From a virus (taxonomy: Duplodnaviria; Caudoviricetes): DNA of 37,851 bases. The first letter of the stretch is position 1; each line of letters starts with the position of its first letter. Under the pieces are notes generated by a model. It worked only from the letters and a program-made list of their open reading frames with translations. It had not been told where the DNA came from and ran no database searches. This document shows, in pieces, positions 34,179-37,851 of the stretch. A program made the position numbers and the translations under genes. The stretch lies in IMG/VR virus record IMGVR_UViG_3300006119_000026, positions 1-37,851 of that record. One strand, written 5' to 3'.

Positions 34179-34249
34179 ACCTTGCCGGCGGTGGTCGGCG
34201 CTGCTGGCGGGGCTCTTGGGTGGCTTCTTGGGGTGTTCTAGTTTTGGGG

Positions 34250-34501
34250 TTAGGCGACGAGTGCGGCCAGGCTGCCGGCCGTGCTTTGCGGATCCAGGAT
34301 CACCTCGAAGGTAAATCCCAGGGCCTTGAGGGCCTTGATGTCGCCATGGGTGAGGGTCTTCCGGACAGTGAGTCTCCGGATGGATTCGGCGTGTTCCCCG
34401 GTCGCATAGATCGCCGGGGCTCCGTAGTTCTGCCGCTCGTAGATGTGGATGATGCCTAGTGCGGTGGGGATCGCTCCCTCGATTTCGTTTGGTGTCTTCA
34501 C
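34250..34501 (-). CDS. Small hypothetical phage protein
   Basis: 83 aa, preceded by TTGACG (34531-34536) and a TAGGGG hexamer 18 nt later, close to the GTG start. Confidence 0.7.
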   Translation of the reverse strand: MKTPNEIEGAIPTALGIIHIYERQNYGAPAIYATGEHAESIRRLTVRKTLTHGDIKALKALGFTFEVILDPQSTAGSLAALVA

Positions 34502-34583
34502 ACTAGCCCCTACGGATCGACCGAAGGAACCGTCAATGAGTTTTCTTAACTTTTTTTATTCAGCGGTTAAGAATGTTGCTCGG

Positions 34584-35150
34584 TCAAGATTCCGGCTCCT
34601 CTGTTCCATTCTGACCAGTTTTAACATTTTCCGGTATTATGTTAATGATCTCCCCCTCTGCCTCCAGGCGAATACCCAGTCCGGAAAGCGCTGCCAGGGC
34701 CCGGGACGCCTCCGGTGATGCCTGGATCGCTTTCACGATCTCATCAGCGGAACGGAAGTCGGCGCTGATCGAGACGGAGCGCTTCACCGGCGTTCCCTCG
34801 TCGTAGGCGAGTTGCAGGGTGGCTGCCGCTAATCGGGTCTTGTGGTCCGGCTGGATGTCGAGAGCCTTGGCTTTACCGTCGTAGATCCTGGTGGTTGCCT
34901 CCATCGCGTCTCGGATAACTTCCTTGGCTCTCACCCTGTCGTCGTCGGTGATGAGGTCTGCCAGCCTTGCGGACCGCCGGACGACCTTCCTTACCGCGGG
35001 CTCGTCCTTGATCGCCTGGGACAGCTTTGCCTCGGAGGCGGAGAAATCGGGGGCGGATTCCGGGGGGCACGTTGCGCGCGCGAAGCCCATCTGGTCCGTT
35101 AATTGTTCCCCCTCACTTACGTTATTTAGTGATGATCGCAGGTTGTCCAT
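34584..35150 (-). CDS. Possible terminase small subunit
   Basis: 188-aa helical protein with PDHKTRLAAATLQL..D.G.P and an EGEII tail, reminiscent of TerS-like proteins; a few genes upstream of terL. Confidence 0.45.
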   Translation of the reverse strand: MDNLRSSLNNVSEGEQLTDQMGFARATCPPESAPDFSASEAKLSQAIKDEPAVRKVVRRSARLADLITDDDRVRAKEVIRDAMEATTRIYDGKAKALDIQPDHKTRLAAATLQLAYDEGTPVKRSVSISADFRSADEIVKAIQASPEASRALAALSGLGIRLEAEGEIINIIPENVKTGQNGTEEPES

Positions 35151-35193
35151 ATTAAGTAGCTTGGTGATTTGTTTGCTCTCACTCTCAAGCGCT

Positions 35194-35410
35194 GTGATAG
35201 TGACTAGTACTCCTTACGGACGGAATCCCATTCACTATCACGGGGGGTAGTATACGTAGTATACCCCCGTGATAGTGAGTCCGTGAGAGTACTATCACGG
35301 CCCATGATAGTAAAACCGTGATAGTTCCGTGATAGTGAATTGGTCTGATTCATATTAAGTTAATTATTTTTAATTTTTATTTTAATCAATTTTCTCACTC
35401 TTGATTTTTA
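35194..35410. repeat. Iteron-like GTGATAGT repeat/palindrome cluster with an adjacent AT-rich tract
   Basis: Eight copies in both orientations (35194, 35234rc, 35269, 35283 one mismatch, 35291rc, 35304 one mismatch, 35318, 35329), a 15-bp inverted repeat (35232-35246/35264-35278) and an AT-rich run at ~35352-35410. Confidence 0.85.
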
Positions 35411-35612
35411 TCTTCGCGTCATCATTGGATGCCCCTGCAAGCTGATTGAAGATTGATTCCATCCAGTCGTTGAGGATGACGGAAGAGTCGCCGGTTGGGA
35501 GGTCCTGGGAAGGCAGGAAAATCGTCACGTCCCAGGTCTCGCTATTCTTGACTGCCCGGATCATGAAATTCCCATGGGGAGGCATTTCCAGGATGTGGAA
35601 CTGCTTGCTCAT
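35382..35612 (-). CDS. Small hypothetical protein (start revised to the ATG at 35612)
   Basis: 76 aa (MSKQFHILEM...); ATGA overlap with a short upstream ORF. Confidence 0.55.
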   Translation of the reverse strand: MSKQFHILEMPPHGNFMIRAVKNSETWDVTIFLPSQDLPTGDSSVILNDWMESIFNQLAGASNDDAKIKIKSEKID

Positions 35613-35782
35613 AGGTTTCTCCACTCGTTCTTCTTGAGGGGTGTGCCGGCCGGGAGGAGGCGGAAGGAATGGAAACCGGCCTTCATGGCGCGCTTGATGG
35701 TCCAGTTGGCCGGGATCTGCATGATGCGGCCGTCCCGATCAATGAAGGGGATGGTCTTGGGTTTTATTGGGGTAGGGCGCAT
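35609..35782 (-). CDS. 57-aa basic protein missing from the ORF track
   Basis: MRPTPIKPKTIPFIDRDGRIMQIPANWTIKRAMKAGFHSFRLLPAGTPLKKNEWRNL fills the gap, follows a motif copy and couples to the next gene by ATGA. Confidence 0.65.
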   Translation of the reverse strand: MRPTPIKPKTIPFIDRDGRIMQIPANWTIKRAMKAGFHSFRLLPAGTPLKKNEWRNL

Positions 35783-36237
35783 GGAGGCTCTGCCTGGGGG
35801 TAGATGGGCAGCGAATCGCTGTCAGATTGTGCAGCCTGATCATAGGCGGCGAAAGCATCCATCCAGAGGGATAAGGCTACTTTTGGGACGCCTGGGTGGT
35901 TCTGGGCCTTTCCGATGATGGCGGTACCGGTCTCTGCAAGATCCTTGGCGATTGCTCGCCAGGTATCGCGCTCCTTCATGACTTCGAGGAGGGTATCCAG
36001 GCATTTATCTACGTCGTTACTCATGATGGGTGGTTGGTTGGTGGTGTCTCCCTTGGGAACAAAGCTGAAGGTTTTTCCGTCGGGATTGGGTTGTTTTTTG
36101 GCTATGTGGCGATTGCAAGCTGGGCAGATACCTTTCTGGTATTTGCGATGAAGGGATTCATCCATCTCCAATTGATAGCCGCAGCTAGTGGAGATGTTTC
36201 CGCTCAAGAGGATTTGATTCCAGACGAAGAGCCTCAT
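35764..36237 (-). CDS. Hypothetical protein with a CxxC motif
   Basis: 157 aa, ATGA overlap with the upstream gene, CPAC motif. Confidence 0.6.
   Translation of the reverse strand: MRLFVWNQILLSGNISTSCGYQLEMDESLHRKYQKGICPACNRHIAKKQPNPDGKTFSFVPKGDTTNQPPIMSNDVDKCLDTLLEVMKERDTWRAIAKDLAETGTAIIGKAQNHPGVPKVALSLWMDAFAAYDQAAQSDSDSLPIYPQAEPPCALPQ
35796..35824 (-). promoter_or_regulatory. Conserved motif copy inside the 3' end of a CDS
   Basis: CTGACA-GCGATTCGCTGCCCATC (17 nt)-TACCCC, shortly before the ATG at 35782. Confidence 0.7.
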
Positions 36238-36449
36238 AATTCAGGGTTTTGGCTGATTAGGAATTGGTCGATCTTCTTCCACCTCTTTGCTTCGACGGCA
36301 TTGGCGGCCTTTTGGAGGCAGACGCCTAGACCATCTCCGCGGCGGTGGGTGAAGGTGGCAATGACTTCGCGGTTGATCCGGACCTCGTAGATTCGTTCTC
36401 CCAGGATGTCGTTGGGGTCTCCCCCTCCGATGTTGACGATGGCGATCAT
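36234..36449 (-). CDS. Small hypothetical phage protein
   Basis: 71 aa with ATGA overlaps at both ends. Confidence 0.7.
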   Translation of the reverse strand: MIAIVNIGGGDPNDILGERIYEVRINREVIATFTHRRGDGLGVCLQKAANAVEAKRWKKIDQFLISQNPEL

Positions 36450-37405
36450 CGAACACCCCCCACCCTTCGATTGAGGATTTCAATTTGGTCGCGGAGGTAG
36501 CGGAGACAGTTGGCGATCTCTGGGCCTGCTGGAACCATGCTTGTGATTAGTCCTCCGTCGTGGTGTATTTTGCTTTCTAGGAAAGCCAGCTCTCTTTCCA
36601 GCGGCATCTCATCCGATGGTTCAGGGAATCCTCTGTATATTTTCACGCAGTCCGGACAAGTCGCGTCATCAGACCGCATTTCCGGAGGATTAGTTGATAG
36701 GTATGAAGACCCGCTGTCTTTCCCGCATATTTTGCATGGGACGCTTATCATCATTGGCAACGGGCGGCGGGTGCGGAAGCGGCGGTTAAATATGTTTGCT
36801 GGCTTGCCTTGCCAATACCCAGATACATCTTCCCACCGTTCGATTTCAAAAGTGGATGATTCGTCCCCCCGCTGGACAAGCTCTTTTGTGTGGGTGAACT
36901 CTCGCCATTCGGGTTTAACTTCGCTCTGAACTGCTTCTCCACACGCCTTGCAATAGGTTCCATTTCCTATTTGCTCGCAGTGCTTATGCTCGCACCCTTT
37001 CCGCGCTGGACACTCCTTATTCCCTTCGTGGATGAAACCGCCAGCGTCCCCGAGTCGCGGCACGTTATGAAAGACGCGCTCGCCGCAATAGGAGCATGTT
37101 GGATAGCTCACGGATTCCTCTGGCGCGGGTACGAGTGCGGCTTCGGCTTTCACGGCAAGGTCATGCCAATAGTCTGAGTTCTTGCAGCGTAAGGCTTCGG
37201 CCTCCCAATGATTTGCAGATTGTTCTACCTTGTTCAGAAGCTCCCTGAGCCTTGCGACCTCGTTCTCTGCTTCTCGCTTCTGGAACATCTGGTCGTCGGC
37301 AGACTTGTTGGCGATTTCAAGAGCGTCGTGAAGTCTGTTTATCGTGAAGTCTGCGAGAGAATGCTTTCCCTCTCCAGTTTCGGAGTGTGTGGTTTCGGTG
37401 TTCAT
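36446..37405 (-). CDS. Mosaic hypothetical protein with a coiled coil and several CxxC zinc-ribbon motifs
   Basis: 319 aa with CSYC, CKAC and CKIC...CPDC; ATGA overlaps at both ends. Confidence 0.7.
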   Translation of the reverse strand: MNTETTHSETGEGKHSLADFTINRLHDALEIANKSADDQMFQKREAENEVARLRELLNKVEQSANHWEAEALRCKNSDYWHDLAVKAEAALVPAPEESVSYPTCSYCGERVFHNVPRLGDAGGFIHEGNKECPARKGCEHKHCEQIGNGTYCKACGEAVQSEVKPEWREFTHTKELVQRGDESSTFEIERWEDVSGYWQGKPANIFNRRFRTRRPLPMMISVPCKICGKDSGSSYLSTNPPEMRSDDATCPDCVKIYRGFPEPSDEMPLERELAFLESKIHHDGGLITSMVPAGPEIANCLRYLRDQIEILNRRVGGVR

Positions 37406-37851
37406 TTGGTTAGTTGGTTGAGTTGTTCATATTCTGCGTGAAGTTTTCTCCAGTCTTCTATTTTCATACGCCCTACTCCTGCCGAAAACAGCCTCTCCAG
37501 CAGCTCGCGGAGCTTCTGGTTCTCCTCTTTAAGATTCCCATAAAGATCCTCCAGTTTAGACCTTTCTTCCTTATACTTAGTGTACCACTCGTTTTGAGCG
37601 GCCCACTTTGCTTGATCAAAGCCAGCCTGAAAACTTGGAGTGTGATAAAATCCAGCTTCGATAAAATCACCTCCCAAGATAATATCCTTGAGCCTTTTAA
37701 CTTCAGCCTCCGCCTTCTGCCTCGCCTCGCGCTCGCGGCAGAGGTCGGTTCTGGCAATCGCATGGCCGTCAAAGGCAAGTGCTAGACCGCAAGACATTAC
37801 GCGGCCTGCAAAATGCTTCATTTCAATTTGTTCACTCCCGCAGTGAGGGCA
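37402..37851 (-). CDS. Hypothetical CxxC/coiled-coil protein, probably 5'-truncated by the window edge
   Basis: The frame stays open upstream of the track's ATG at 37821 to the edge and reads CPHCGSEQIE-MKHF. Confidence 0.65.
   Translation of the reverse strand, partial: CPHCGSEQIEMKHFAGRVMSCGLALAFDGHAIARTDLCREREARQKAEAEVKRLKDIILGGDFIEAGFYHTPSFQAGFDQAKWAAQNEWYTKYKEERSKLEDLYGNLKEENQKLRELLERLFSAGVGRMKIEDWRKLHAEYEQLNQLTK

Noticed and set aside
35194-35340. Possible CRISPR array
   Set aside because: Repeats are 8-12 bp, in mixed orientation and without regular unique spacers; no cas genes are visible.

Overview
A 37.9-kb piece of a tailed dsDNA phage or prophage with podovirus-like morphogenesis genes and no tape-measure gene visible. 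Almost all genes are on the minus strand. In transcription order (right to left) it holds small Cys/coiled-coil genes, an iteron-like repeat cluster, a possible terminase small subunit, a compact tyrosine recombinase, a stand-alone sigma-70 region-4 protein, a DUF3431 protein, the terminase large subunit, a 5031-aa polyvalent/ejection-type protein, portal, a divergent two-gene cassette, scaffold, an N4-gp56-like major capsid protein, two Ser/Asn-rich small proteins, two adaptor-like proteins and fibre proteins. Four things stand out. (1) A motif YTGACAGCGAWTCGCTG (a -35 box fused to a palindrome) recurs six times plus one variant, always upstream of minus-strand gene blocks. (2) The giant protein contains a sigma-factor module and a kinase module separated by recurring xSR linkers. 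(3) Two adjacent genes encode length-matched ~88-residue polar tracts that look like one split beta-hairpin protein. (4) A dense repeat/palindrome cluster with an AT-rich tract lies near 35.2-35.4 kb. Family names come from motif recognition by eye; no database search was run.
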